Origin: Tubiluchus corallicola
Lineage: Eukaryota > Animalia > Priapulida
Assembly (NCBI GenBank): GCA_030141605.1
Contig: JAQGDQ010000603.1
Coordinates: 67,281 to 131,280, forward strand
Direction of reading: 5' to 3'
Length of the DNA stretch: 64,000 nucleotides
Part shown: one piece after another, positions 11,253-25,290 of the stretch
Numbering within the stretch: the stretch's first letter is position 1
Layout of the letters: every line of letters begins with the position of its first letter
Program-made: the position numbers and the translations under genes
The notes under the pieces: model-generated
Seen by the model: the letters and a program-made list of their open reading frames with translations, nothing else
The model's database searches: none
What the model was told of the DNA's origin: nothing

Positions 11253-13388
11253 CCCGTCTCTTCGTCCTCCATAGCCTCTCTCGTCTCCATAACCGTCTCT
11301 TCGTCCTCCATAGCCTCTCTCGTCTCCATATCCGTCTCTTCGTCCTTCATAGCCTCTCTTGTCTCCATAACCGTCCCGTCCACTCCCATAATTTCGCTCG
11401 TAGTAATTGGGCGCATATGATTTAAAACCATAGTCAACTCTGTACTTACTTACGGGGTTTCTATGAACTAGAAAGAGGGTGCCTGTAAAAAAGGAAAATA
11501 TAGTATTAACTAACTTAAACGAAATTAATTTGAAATTTTGATTTTTCAACAAGCTTTGGAAAACGACGACCACACGTACTGACGTCACTGCTTATAATAA
11601 TTTTCATCGTCGTCTGCCGCTCGCCAACAAGAGGGGAGTTGAAGAGTTTCTCTTGAGATTGGCACATATGACCCTCTTCTGAACAGTTTGAATTATGCTG
11701 AGTTTACTGAGATTTTACAAATCTTTCTTAGTACATAGGTCGACATACACTGGACTGTAACAAGTGTAACAACAAGTCCTTCTTCTGAACAGTTTGAATC
11801 AAGGTGAGTTCACTGAGATTTTACAAATCTTTCTTAGTACACTGGTTGACATATACTGGCTTGTAACAAAGGTAACAACAAGTCAACAATGCAAGCAGCA
11901 ACAGCAAAAAAAATTACACACCTGGTGGTCCTGGCGGTCCAGGTGGTCCTTCGACGGTTCTGCAGATTGGACATCCTGTAAAAATGCAATGCAACAAGTC
12001 AAGTAATTTCAACGGTTGAGATCTTGAGATTTAGCACATATATAATCAGATGGGACTGTGAATTTACAGGCAGACTGGTTAGCAAGTAGAACGCCGTGGA
12101 ACAAGTGACTCAAACTCAAAGCCTGACACCATCAAAGTGACTTTTAATTTAAAGAATACTGACAACTAAGAATTTGAACGAGTAACACCACTGACAATTA
12201 CAGTCTAAGCAGGAATAATTTTGTTTAAAAGAATATCTTAATCTTACTGTACAATTTTCAACGCTGTTTCCTCACGAACAAGGTCCAGTTTAACTGAGAT
12301 AAAACAGAAATTATGGACAAAGGAATCTTTTCAGCTATACGTTTTTAGAATGGTCCAATAATATGAGTATTTCGTATAGCGGAGTATTTACCTCTCCAAC
12401 TCACGTATATGCTAGAAGAACTGCACTCGTGATATTCAAAACTTCACCCATATTTACTATTCCCATCCACTATATCACTATACACTGTATTCTTTTTAGA
12501 TTAGATTTTTAGATTTTAATAGATTTATTTCGCATTAAACATATACATATACATCACATTACATTACATGTGCATCAGGTTTTGTTAATACAAAAATATG
12601 ATAAAATTCATGTATACTGCGCTAGAGACCTAGGAAGCTAGCTTATGGTTATCCCGACACTAGGCGGAGGAGCTGCACAAGCAGCCAACGGCTAGAGGGC
12701 GGAGGAGGTCAAGTGACTCAACGGCCATGTGTAGAGGAGTAAACCTTCCAAATCAGGAGTGGAGCACCGAAGGCGGACCGGTGCAGCATGCTCACTGACT
12801 CCGGCAGCTCCTGCAGCGAACCTGGTGCCAAACGTATCGCTCCGCTTTCCTTTGGACTACACCAGGCTGGAAGTGAGAGGGTTCCTGTTGTCTGGGCAAC
12901 TCAGAATCTCCATACACATAGTATAAAGTAAATTTCAGTTGCCATTGTTATTATGTTCCTGATGTCAGATTTTTATTTCAGTTCTTGTTTCAGTCCTTAT
13001 TTCAGTTATCTTCAGTTTGATTTTTTTATTATTATTATTATGCACTTATTATTACTGTGTATGAATTGTACTAACACATTATAAGCATATCATTATCAAT
13101 TTTATGTCATTCCTAACAATTTAATTTTTATTATAAGCAGTACTAACACTAATACACTGTAGCATAGCGCCTTTAAAAAATGTTCATCACTAACCAAAGG
13201 GCAGCTGACTAGATGACCAATTGGTCTTTCGCTGCCCTTTCTTCACATTTTTGTTGCTAAATTAATTGTATTGTAACTGTGTGTGTTAAAAGATAAATAA
13301 AAGATTATTATTATTATTATTATTATTAGCTCACAATTTTTCAGTGCCTTTCGTACTTAAATATAATTAATATATATTTATACATATT

Positions 13389-13431
<43 letters not shown>

Positions 13432-16400
13432 ACCGTTCGGTTAGTAGTTATTATTGCTGATTATAATAAATCATATCGTCAGTTTATTAATTCTGGCCTT
13501 ACAGTGTCTAAATCATCATTATTTTAGTTAAGATAAGACCACCTAATTTGATTATGTTGGTTAGTTTTTTCTAGTATTTTGTTTAGAATTTTGAATTGAT
13601 AGCATTCAGCTATCAATCATTGAACATGCTTCGAAGGAATTTTTAAATAACTATATTTTAAAATAACTATAGTTTTGTAAGCTTCAAACTGTATAATTAT
13701 TTGATTGCATTTTACTGTCACATGATCAAGACAGGACTTGCTATTTGAAATTAAAAAGAGAACGTCACACCTTGCCCAGGCCTGCGCCCTGGAGACATTC
13801 AAGGATTGGACTGCTCAGCCACAGTCGACGCTGCAGCTCCTTCAATGTGATCAATAACTGACTCTCTTGGCGCACATTCCATTGTCTTCCGAGATAGAAG
13901 GACGCCAACCAACCACTCCCTAACAACGTGTGCCTTTTAGGCAAAACGATGTCGTTTTTTCTCGCACTTAGACTGAACAAAATGGGTATGTCTTTTTGCG
14001 AGAAACTCGCGTTTTTTGTGTAAGGAAGTGTCGTTTTCCTCGAAATATGATTTGTATAAAAGCCACTACCTTCATTCTTCTGATTTCGCCTTCTTTAAAA
14101 ATGACAGTCTTTAGAAAAACGACGCTAGCTTTCGGAAAGCACGCGTGATTCTGCTTTCGAAAACGGGGTTTTTCTTTAGATTTTGGTGTCAAAGCGGCTG
14201 GACTGTAATAAGCAGGAGGTGATAAGCAAATTTTAATCAAAACACAAAAGTGTCAGATGACACAATCATGGACATAAGAGCACCTTTGAAATGTCAGGTA
14301 TGAGCTTATAAACAATAACACATCAAAAATAATCATAGAAGCGCAATTTCAAGGAAAAATAAATTTAGTGCGTACAAGTACGTAAAATGTCAAAACAGTT
14401 CAAATGATCCACTTTGAGAATGTAGTGTAGCACCATCTATTGAGGCTGTTCCAAAGAAAAACAGAGCAGTAAGTCTTTAAACAGAAATCACGTCAGTGGA
14501 GATGTAAACGCTGAAGCTCAATCCAATACGTAGTTTGTCCCAAAAATCACGAACTGAGCAAAACAGGCCTTGAAACGAAAGAGTTAAACACGAGTTACTT
14601 CCGAGGCACTAAGACAATCTCTACAAGGTGTTGCATCGAACAGTCCATGGAAGTTCTCCTTGGATTCCAACCATCTGATCACCAAGTGAAATGACAAGGT
14701 AATCGCGGTACTAGCGAAATTATTATGTTTATGATACAGCCAGATTATTATGGTTTACAAAATGAAACATTTTTAACGAAATATGTTATTCTGTAATGAG
14801 CAAAATTTACGTAAATAGTATATGAATAAAATTTGCAATTATACAAGATATACCAACCAGATCCAGTGGTTAACTCATTGTAAATCAGGTAAAGTAACAA
14901 ATTACGGTAAGAAATTATTGATTCACGCATCCTGCCGGAAAAGATCATAGCAAAAACGTTTTACTATTTACAGATTATTAATTAAATGTTAAAAATCTTT
15001 ATTGAAAATTATACAGGAAGCCCTCTATTTGCAGGGCACAAAAGTACAAAAATGTTAAATAAGTCTTTACACTCTGTACATTAAATAAATTTCTTACTAA
15101 ACAAGCTGACAATTTTGCATTACGATTTACTTATTCTAAATATATATCCAATATTTATAATCAATGTATAATCAATTTACTATAAGATCATTTTGGGTTA
15201 GTTCTTTTACAATATCTATATGCATTTTAATTACATTAGTGTCTCTCTTTCTGTAAATGTTTCGAATGACATTATTTTCTAAGCTGCGTTCGAGATTCAC
15301 TCTTATATCTTTTCTAACCAATGGTAACGGACAATGAAAAATTAAATGTTCTGGGCTTTGACTGCCAAACCGCAAACACACAGATCTGAATCAGTTATAC
15401 CTATCCTGTATTTAAATGATTTGCAACCTCTTCCAAGAGGCTGTTTACAGAGGGCAATAACCATACCGCGAATCATGATATAGGCCATATGGAAGATGGA
15501 AGACGTCTTATGGGTAACGCATCGTGTATTATTTCTTGCTCCTTGCGCCTAACAAGCTAGGTTTACCATTCTCTTGTTTACTCCAAAATGGCCTAGTCAT
15601 TGTCATCAAATAATGGCACGACAAACTATTTTAAAACAGCAAACGTTTTTGCAAAGAGCCAGTAACACCAATTCGCCCAGAAAAGTGTTCTCCTAAACTA
15701 ATTCGTAGCCCTTCATCTTGTTAGGAGCATTTGCAAATGAAATCCCTGTCATCGTGTAGCTGATTTCTCTTCTTTCCAAAGAGCTATACGTTTTCCGTCA
15801 AAGACACCACCGCCCCCGCACCACCCCACACCCCCACCCCCACTACCACAACCACCACCAAGCGCCGCTACGACGTTTATTATACGCGGTGTTCTTCTAG
15901 GAATGGCGGGAGAAAAACCTTCAAAAATGCCCTTGGTGGTAAGGGTGGTGTTCTTTGAAAGAAATTTACAGCTTTTCTGGAAAGAGGAGAAACCAGTTAC
16001 ACAGTGATACGGGCCTCTTTTACTGATGTCTGTATCAGGATGAAGTTTTACAAACTAAATTGAGACGACATTTTTCTGAACGATCCTGTATAGAAATGAA
16101 TAAAGCATGATTTTATCGTCTTACCACAAAGTGCACCTCTATATCCAGGTCTACATGTACAAGAAAACACGCCATTTTGAGTCGAATCTGAATCGGAACA
16201 TGTTCCACCATTTTTACAAGGGTTCGTGCCACAGTCATCACCTGTATAGATACAAAATAAAACATGAAAACAAATGAGCAATGAATGTCAAGACTACAGA
16301 CACACAGATATTACACATATCAAATAAAATTATTTAGTGTAATAAGGCTACATATAAAAACTAACGTTACAAGTGTTTTACATGCTGAAAATGCACATGC

Positions 16401-16831
16401 AAAAAGTGACAGATTTACAAATATTACTAAAACCATTTTTTACGAAGAATTTATTGTAGTAAACAATTTCGTATTGTACTAACGACGTTTTGAGAGCACA
16501 ATTGTTCACCTCATCAGATCACTATAACAAGCAATCTAAAAAGTACGAAAATTCAAATATAGATACATATAAGAATTATCACTTAGGCAAGAGCTGCCAC
16601 ATATGCGGTATTCTGTGTTAAAGAAGCCAACTTATTTACAATATTACTCTTGTAACTCACCTAGTATTGAAGTAAGAGTGTAATGAGTAAAAGAATCTCA
16701 GAAAATTCTTAAAGCTCTTTAAAATGAACTTTGAGAAATTTTAATACTAGGTGATGTAAACGAATGATAGTTGTAAATAACATTCAGATTAGTTCTTCCC
16801 TGAACACAGAAAATAGTTTATGTATTAATAG

Positions 16832-16875
<44 letters not shown>

Positions 16876-17689
16876 TAATTCTTTATTTGTCATAAAAATG
16901 GTTCACTCATTATAATAAAATTGAGTAAGCCTCAGCGTAATGTTAAAATAACCACACTGTTCAAGACAAATGCGTTCAGTGCATGCTAAAAAAACTAAAG
17001 TGCAAAACTATATACAATAAATGAACATTTACAAGCATCATATTAAAATATTTTCACAAAACAATTTTACGAAAGTACATTAAATTTTACATGACATATT
17101 TTACACTATATATACATTTGACATGACACAATTAACAGAAACATGCTTTACATTACATAAATTTCACTCATTACATTTACACTATTTATACATTTGACAT
17201 TACAAAACTAACATAACACGTATTATATTACATATTTTTTTATAAAATTTTCATTTTTAATCGTTATGTGGAGTCATGTGGGGTAGATGAAAGTGGAGTC
17301 TGTGTAATTAGTATCAGATGCACAATGTGGAAGTTGAAAACTGTTATATTGATATTCTTTTAATTTCTTTTTAAAGTGGTGTAGAGATTCTATTTGTTTT
17401 ATTTCACTGGGTAGTAAGTTCCATAAATGTATGGCCTGTTTTGATATAGAGTTATTTCCAAATTTATTGTTTACTGTAATTTGCTTTAAATTGCGTGTTC
17501 TATTGTTTAAAGTGGTATCAGGAATGAATGCTAAGGGATTGTTTATAAATGGAATGCTCAGTTTATTTATATATAAACTTAAACACAAATAGACATAAAT
17601 ATACCTCCGTTCTGTGCAGTTTCGGAACAAAAAAACGCAATCGCTAAAATGCCAAACAAAGCCAGTCTTCTTTCAGTCGCCATCATCAT
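11238..17689 (-). CDS. Putative secreted 166-aa modular protein: signal peptide, EGF-like domain, CxxC-(GPP)3, Gly/Tyr-rich repeat tail
   Basis: Minus-strand GT-AG exons 17689-17605 (MMMATERRLALFGILAIAFFCSETAQNG), 16241-16125 (DDCGTNPCKNGGTCSDSDSTQNGVFSCTCRPGYRGALC), 11975-11922 (CPICRTVEGPPGPPGPP) and 11482-11238 (TLFLVHRNPVSKYRVDYG...DGYGDERGYGGRR...DGVFDY*). All introns are phase 1 and the 501 nt join without stops. Further small exons may have been missed. Confidence 0.68.
11253..11380 (-). repeat. 39-bp coding repeat (DGYGDERGYGGRR) x3
   Basis: Three tandem units are visible in the terminal exon. Confidence 0.85.
11675..11884. repeat. Tandem duplication of about 106 bp
   Basis: tcttctgaacagtttgaat...gtaacaacaagtc occurs twice in succession. 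Confidence 0.75.
12645..13920 (+). mobile_element. Probable RTE-clade LINE 5'-UTR fragment split by later insertions (12645-12918 and about 13766-13920)
   Basis: GC-rich island containing cctggtgccaaacgtat...tttggactacaccagg...gggcaac...ctccatacaca and resuming as cacaccttgcccaggcctgcgccctggaga. The resemblance to RTE 5' UTRs is from memory and was not searched. Confidence 0.4.
15000..15430 (-). mobile_element. Degenerate non-LTR retrotransposon 3' end
   Basis: The minus strand has a C-terminal Cys/His knuckle remnant (...SPEHLIFHCP...) followed by an AT-rich tail. Confidence 0.5.
16880..17580 (-). mobile_element. L2/CR1-like LINE 3' end
   Basis: TRNLK...NSISKQAIHLWNLLPSEIKQIESLHHFKKKLK is a typical LINE ORF2 C-terminus, followed by an AT-rich 3' UTR. 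Confidence 0.7.
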
Positions 17690-18989
17690 TTCTCGAGACG
17701 CAGCTTTACTGCAAGAAATTGTGCAGAACTGTATAAATTTATTGACGATCAGTACAGTACTGTAGTAGCTGTAGGTCAAAGGTTAAGTGCACCACAGCAA
17801 CGTGTCCTAACTACAAGCGTCACGTGACATGTGAGTAAAGCAAAGCTTACTGCCGCATCGGTTCAGTAATTTTAATTGTTTTACGTGGACTTTACTTAAT
17901 TAAGCATTAGTATATGCGTAAATTTACTAGCAGGATGCTGCTTGGGAACAAAAAATGTAAGGTTTAGCTAGGTGTTAAACTTGCTACTATTACAATAGCA
18001 TGGGAAGCGAGGCATTGTCAAGTGTACACAAATGCGTTGTCTGGCACACTTAACCTTTGGCCTGTTCACAATCATCATCAATCGCTGGAACTGTGCAAAT
18101 GCTTACTGTGCAATCAATTCATTACAATACATTACAAAAGCAATGCCATATATTACAGTGGATCAAAGAGAAAACTACACAGAGGGAACATCGCAAATGC
18201 GGTATAATCATCGTACAACACGTAATAATAATAATTATAATTATAATAATAACAATAATAATAGTAAACAGTATTTACAATAGCTAAATATTACAAATAT
18301 ATTACATTATATTGTGTTATATTACAAAATTTATTCCGTTTTCAAAGTTCCAGAATATAACAGCTTTAGAAATGAAATTACAATTTTAAAAGACTTTATG
18401 TATGAATTCAGCAAAAACTTTGTTTTAAAAGACAAATTGCTTAGATTATTGAGGAATGTAAAACAGCTTAGGCTACTACTTATGCAAGACCATCATAATT
18501 ACAATATTATACATAATTTACATGTAATAAGAAGCAATATTTGAAAATATTTATAAACTGGTAAGTAAATAATATTGTTAGATGTGATTAAACTTATAGC
18601 AGTACCTTTTACGATTATCGAAAGTTTTAACCATTATTAAAATAAATTTTAACCATTTCAGGATGCGAGTCATTAATACGTTTAGAACTAAAAATAATAG
18701 TGAAAAAAGTTTTTACCTACCTTGTTTGCAATGTCCTAAGAGCCAAACGGTAAGAGCTCCACGAACTTTCTCACCTGCTAAATGATTTCAGATGATCACC
18801 TCGTTTGGTTAGAAGGTAAAAGTGGAACTACATACTTTACCTTTTTGACATATTGGTGCTAATTACGAGGTTCGCTTTGTTAATTATGTCGCAGGTTGAT
18901 AATGCAACGAGAAAGAGAGCACAAGTTTGCTTACTGAAATGCATTTAAGAACAACGAATCATGAAATGTTTCACAGGAATTTTTTTAAG

Positions 18990-19970
18990 ACTCAGTCGGT
19001 CGGTCATTCAGTCAGTCGTTCGGTCGGTCAGTTTATCAGTTTTAGTTTTTGCATGTCGTGGCTTGTTTGTAGTGCTTCTTATGCAGTGCAACAGTCAGTG
19101 AATCAGTCAGTTGGTTGGTCGGTTTATGATAGTTTATCAGTTTTAGTTTTGCATGTCGTGGCTTGTTTATACTGTTTCTTATGTAGTGAAACAGTCAGTA
19201 AATCAGTCAGTCGTTCGGTCGGTCAGTCAGTTTATGATAGTTTATCAGTTTTATTTTTTGCATGTCGGGGCTTGTTTGTACTGTTCTTATGCAGTGAAAC
19301 AGCCAGTGAATCAGTCAGTTGTTCGGTCGGTCAGTCAGTTTATGGTAGTTTATCAGTTTTAGTTTTGCATGTCGTGGCTTGTTTATACTGTTTCTTATGT
19401 AATGAAACAGTCAGTAAATCAGTCAGTCGTTCGGTCGGTCAGTCAGTTTATGATAGTTTATCAGTTTTATTTTTTGCATGTCGGGGCTTGTTTGTACTGT
19501 TTCTTATGCAGTGAAACAGTCAGTGAATCAGTCAGTTGGTTGGTCGGTCAGTCAGTTTATGATAGTTTATCAGTTTTATTTTTTGCATGTCGAGGCTTGT
19601 TTGTACTGTTTCTTATGCAGTGCAACAGTCAGTGAATCAGTCAGTTGGTTGGTCGGTCAGTCAGTTTATGATAGTTTATCAGTTTTATTTTTTGCATGTC
19701 GTGGCTTGTTTGTACTGTTTCTTATGTAATGAAACAGCCAGTGAATCAGTCAATTGTTCGGTCGGTCAGTCAGTTTATGGTAGTTTATTAATTTTTTTTT
19801 GCATGTCGAGGCTTGTTTGTACTGTTTCTTACGCAGTGCAACAGTCAGTGAATCAGTCAGTTGGTTGGTCGGTCAGTCAGTTTATGATAGTTTATCAGTT
19901 TTAGTTTTTGCATGTCGCGGCTTGTTTGTACTGTTTCTTATGCAGTGAAACAGTCAGTGAATCAGTCAGA
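18990..19970. repeat. About 109-bp TCAG/GGTC-rich tandem repeat, about 9 units
   Basis: The anchor gcatgtcg recurs at about 109-bp spacing (for example 19476 and 19585). This explains the overlapping spurious ORFs. Confidence 0.9.
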
Positions 19971-21246
19971 TGATTGGCCGGACGGACGGATCGTGACAAC
20001 AAGATGGGAATCTAATCATTTTGATGGCTACTTAGCTTGGAATGACACCTGCGTGTGGGCGGGGGGGGGGGGTTGAATATATGCACCTGACCAGTGAACT
20101 GCGTTATACACTATTTGCCAAAAGTCTGGAATGGAGAAAATCCGTTTATGGAGGGGGTCCTGAGTTGGGTGTATTGAGTTCATGCAAGAGACTTTTGCCG
20201 TAAATTTTCTGTAACGTCATGCGTGAATGAGAGAATGAATGAATGAATGAATGAATGAATGAATGAATTAGTGAATGAATGCAGCAGAAAATGTTTAACG
20301 TCTCGTGATTTATGCCATTAGGGAGACAACCGTATTCGGGGAAAGAGGACCGCAAAAGTGGTATCAAAAACGGAAGCCGCTCAGAGACAGCCTATATGTA
20401 ATTCATAACACAAAATGGAACTAAAAAAGTCCCTAAAGGCTTCTTTGTAGTAATAAACAATGTTAGAAATAAAACAATGAAACAAGCATAGATGACATTA
20501 TAGTTTTAACCAAAGTTGAACAACCATGGATCTTAAAGATTATTAGAAAATGACGACTAAGCTTGTTCGCAAAGTTTGCTGCAAATTTTAGCAAGATGAT
20601 GCCAAGATCGTCGACATTTCTGCCTAAAGTTTTTACATTACCTTGTTGTAAAACGAAAGTTCTTACCTCACAACGAAAACTGAACCACAAACTTTCTCCA
20701 CGATCTCGTAGTTCTAGTAACTGACGTCAGAAGACCACTTCGTTTTAAGGTTAGAAAATAAAACTGGTCAACATGCTTAATTACTGCTTTCTGTTTGACA
20801 AGTCCGTGCTAATGGAGGGTTGCCCTTTTAATTACGCCACAAGTCAGACTGCCAGAGTACAATTACAAAATCAGCAAAATTCTTGCTTTAAGGGAATAAG
20901 TACAATGCGCAGTTTTTAGAGATTAGTGTTACCTAAAATGTTAAATAAAATTACTTGTGGTCAATACAAACAATTTTTTATTGTGACCAGTGCACAGTAC
21001 ATTTTTGCACAATGTTCTGGACCGATTTCGATGGCTTAGTGGCCTAAAACTACGGATTGCAGACACGCTTATTACTGTATTACTAACATGTTTATTGACC
21101 GACTTACAATCCATACAATTACAATTGTAATCACAAGTTACAAAACATTACATAAGCAATGCAGTACATTACAACGAAGAAAAAACTACACAGACAAAAC
21201 CCAGCACTTGGGGTATAATCGTCAACACAATACACAGTAAAACACA

Positions 21247-21247
<1 letters not shown>

Positions 21248-21339
<92 letters not shown>

Positions 21340-21425
21340 TAATAATAATAATAGTAATAATAATAATAATATAATAATAATAATAACAGTAATAATAATA
21401 GTAATAATAATAATAATAATAATAA
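21248..21425. repeat. (AAT)n microsatellite
   Basis: Direct reading. Confidence 0.95.
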
Positions 21426-22289
21426 GTAGTTAATTTCCAGTAGTTAAATATTTCAATTATATTATATAATGTTAAGTTATTTTACAAAATTTAGTACAGA
21501 ACGAATTTGCATGAATTTTAGAATTGCAATTACATCTTCCAACAAATTTATACTGTAGAAAATAGTATTATATTAAAATTACATTTTACAAAATGGTAAC
21601 GTACATTTAAAGTGAAGCGTTACAAATATTGTATATAATGAAGATCTTACACTATTAAATAGAACAACAGGTAAGCTCAATTTTGTAAATTTCGTTTTGT
21701 AAAACACTCAGTAATATATCTTGACACTAAATTTGTCATTTCAAAGTCACTGCCCTCTTAACAGCACAATAAAGTTTTGGTCCATAAGTAGATTAATAAA
21801 AGTACAAAATGCATTTCATTTTCAATTTTTCCTTCATTGCAATATTTTTACTTATACGATTGTTAACAGGTATTATGGATACCAATGTCGTCGTTCTTCT
21901 GTATACAAGTTGTGAGAACTGATACACAGTTTAGTAAAGTTCGATCTTAGTACATGATTATGTATAAAAAGGAGATACTTTTTGGTTTCAAATTCTTGCT
22001 TAAATTTTATATAGTTTCGTAGTTTATTAGTTTCACCTGTTTTGACGTTTTTTGTAACACATTCCCTGCAAGAAAATTTTATAATTTGTTTGTAGTTTCT
22101 CCTTTAAAGCATGTAGACAAATAATAAATAATGATAATGTATAAATACGTTATCAAAGTTTGGTTTGTGTTTCAAAGTTTAACTGCTACCACCAGAATAT
22201 ATATAGATATAAAAATAATAAACTAATAATAAACTAATAATAAACTAATAATAAATAATAAAAAACTAATGAAAATAAGTCTATTTTGG

Positions 22290-22560
22290 TTGTGTATATA
22301 TATATATGTATATATGTACACACACACACGCACACGCACACGCACACACACACACACGCACGCACGCACGCACACGTACGCACGCACGCACACGCACACA
22401 CACACACAAATATATATGTATATACGTGTATATAGATATGTATAATATATGTATATATAGATATATGTATATATGTGCATAAATCAATATATGTGTGTGT
22501 GTGTGTGTGCGTGCGTGTGCGTGTGGGTGTGCGTGTGTGTGTGTGTACATATATGTACAC
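22290..22560. repeat. (CA)/(TA)/(TG) compound microsatellite with inverted arms
   Basis: CA/CG arm at about 22310-22408 and TG/CG arm at about 22492-22555. Confidence 0.9.
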
Positions 22561-23028
22561 TACTGCCACGCAAGAGGTACGTCAGCGCCACTTCAGTTGC
22601 AATTTGATACACTGATAATTACATAGTGCATAATACAATACTCTTATGGAGTTGCATCGCAGTATTGTATTACGCATTAGGGTGAATATTCGCTACTAGA
22701 AAGCAAATTAGAATCGAGTTGAATTTTTGACTTTCGGCACTTTGGAATCTGAATCGAATTCAAATTCAGTTTTAAAAATTATTGAGTAAATTTTTGAATC
22801 ACTAATGCGTCACAAAAATCACGCATATTATTTGATTTTGAACTGCAGTAAAACACTGATAGTTTGATTAAAAATTATGCAAGATTCAAATTGAAAACTG
22901 TGTTGTGAACAGGGGTAACGAATTTGAATCGAACGAGCTTTTTAGTTCTAATCAGATTCTAACGTAAAATTATTGGTGCGAATAAGGCAACACTTCAACT
23001 ATATAGTTTTTTACGTTCTTTATCAATA

Positions 23029-23797
<769 letters not shown>

Positions 23798-23959
23798 TAT
23801 ATTTACTTCGAGTAGTTCAAAGAACTATAGAAGTTCCGTAATATTACAACAAACAGTTAGCACAAAAACCTCAGTGGCGCACAATTATACAAAAACAACA
23901 TTAACTATCTGTAAACAAAATACTCTGATAAATAACTAGGCGGAAATGCAGTAGTAGCT

Positions 23960-24235
23960 TTTGGACCAAATGTAAGGGGATGACCCCTATAATGTTCGTC
24001 TTGCTGTGCCTTGAACTGTTGCATTAAATCAAAGATCTTGCATTATGTGATAGGGTATTCCAAACCATCGTAGAGGTCAGCATGTTCTATCCAGTTCTAT
24101 AATACGTTCTCGGTTTATAGAGAATTGGTCTTTCTATGCCGTAGAGAAATTTATAACCGATACCTGTGCGCAATTTTTAAACATGTTATTAGTGTTTGTG
24201 CTGCCGAACAAAATCAGGTCATATGCATGATTTTT
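23960..24235 (-). mobile_element. Highly decayed CR1/L2-like LINE 3' fragment
   Basis: Minus-strand remnants (RTG..YKF, KDQFS.NR.I.E) precede the microsatellite tail. Confidence 0.4.
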
Positions 24236-24453
24236 GAAAGGCCGCAAATTATGACTGATTCGAAAATTCATTCGAAAATACTTTAAGCTGAATTCTAGTT
24301 CGTTTCGGATTCGAAATCTCGAATTTCAGTTTAATTTGAGTTTGAAAGTCACACAAATTCGATTCGAATTCACTTTTCTTGTGAAGAGTGCTCACGCTAG
24401 TCGAATTTGTCGAACAAAATATCTTGTGTCGCAGATGCGAGAATTTAATTTAC

Positions 24454-25290
24454 AGTTTGTTATTAATTTTGATTTGCAGTTTTAAACTTTAGTTTTTCAT
24501 TACCACTAAGTCAGTGCTGACATCTGTTTGTACACTTTGAAGTTTTCAATATATCTACGTACTTGCTACTGCTATATGTTTGTAGGTAACTGGGTTACTT
24601 GGCTTCTCTGTGAGTGTAGTAGTTTTTCAAACTTGGTAGTAAGATTAGAAGGCAAGCAATAGACTTAAACTGTGGGACCTGTACGGCGTACCTGAAGTAG
24701 GTTTCAGAAAAATCCCCGTAAAACATTATAAACTTCACAGCACGTTTATGCACATTTCGTATTTGCGTTGAAAGGAATTTTTGTTTGTTTTCATTTTAAA
24801 TCTCCCGCAATAGTGTCCCGACCGCGCCATTACGTGACACCACTTCCGTAAACGTAAATCAGGAGAAGAAAAAGAAATGTTAAATTATGTCCCAAAAAAC
24901 TCCGGGCAAATCTATATGACTTAGCATTTCGCTTACCTGCTGGAAAGACTTGTGTAACTAGAAATAACAGTTTAAAATGTTTGTGCCAATTGGTAAAATG
25001 TTGGCTTTTTTGCTGACTCACCCTTTAGGGTGCGCCACTTACTAACCAAAAACGTACTTTAATTGGTTGCAGTTTATTATTAGTTTTGATTTGTAGTTTT
25101 AAGCTTTAGTTTTTCATTACCACTAAGTCAGTGCTGACATCTGTTTGTAGACTATGAAGTTTTCAATATATGTATGTATGTACTTGCTACTGCTATATGT
25201 TTGTAGGTAACTGGGTTACTTGGCTTCTCTATGAGTGTAGTAGTTTTTCACACTAGGTAGCAAGATTAGAAGGCAAGCAATAGACTTAAA
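24454..25290. repeat. About 220-bp direct repeat pair (24454-24669 and 25071-25290)
   Basis: tttagtttttcattaccactaagtcagtgctgacatctg...gcaatagacttaaa is present twice. Confidence 0.85.

Noticed and set aside
12248-12293. Extra 46-nt minus-strand exon candidate for the secreted gene
   Set aside because: The splice signals look good, but inclusion shifts the frame off the GPP exon and the other two frames contain stops. It could only work with another, unseen exon.
16470-16525. Penelope-type minimal hammerhead on the minus strand (CTGATGA...stem...AAAAC)
   Set aside because: The conserved GAAA is absent and stem II has several mismatches; at best a decayed relic.
18927-19904. Overlapping hydrophobic ORFs
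   Set aside because: They derive from the 109-bp tandem repeat.
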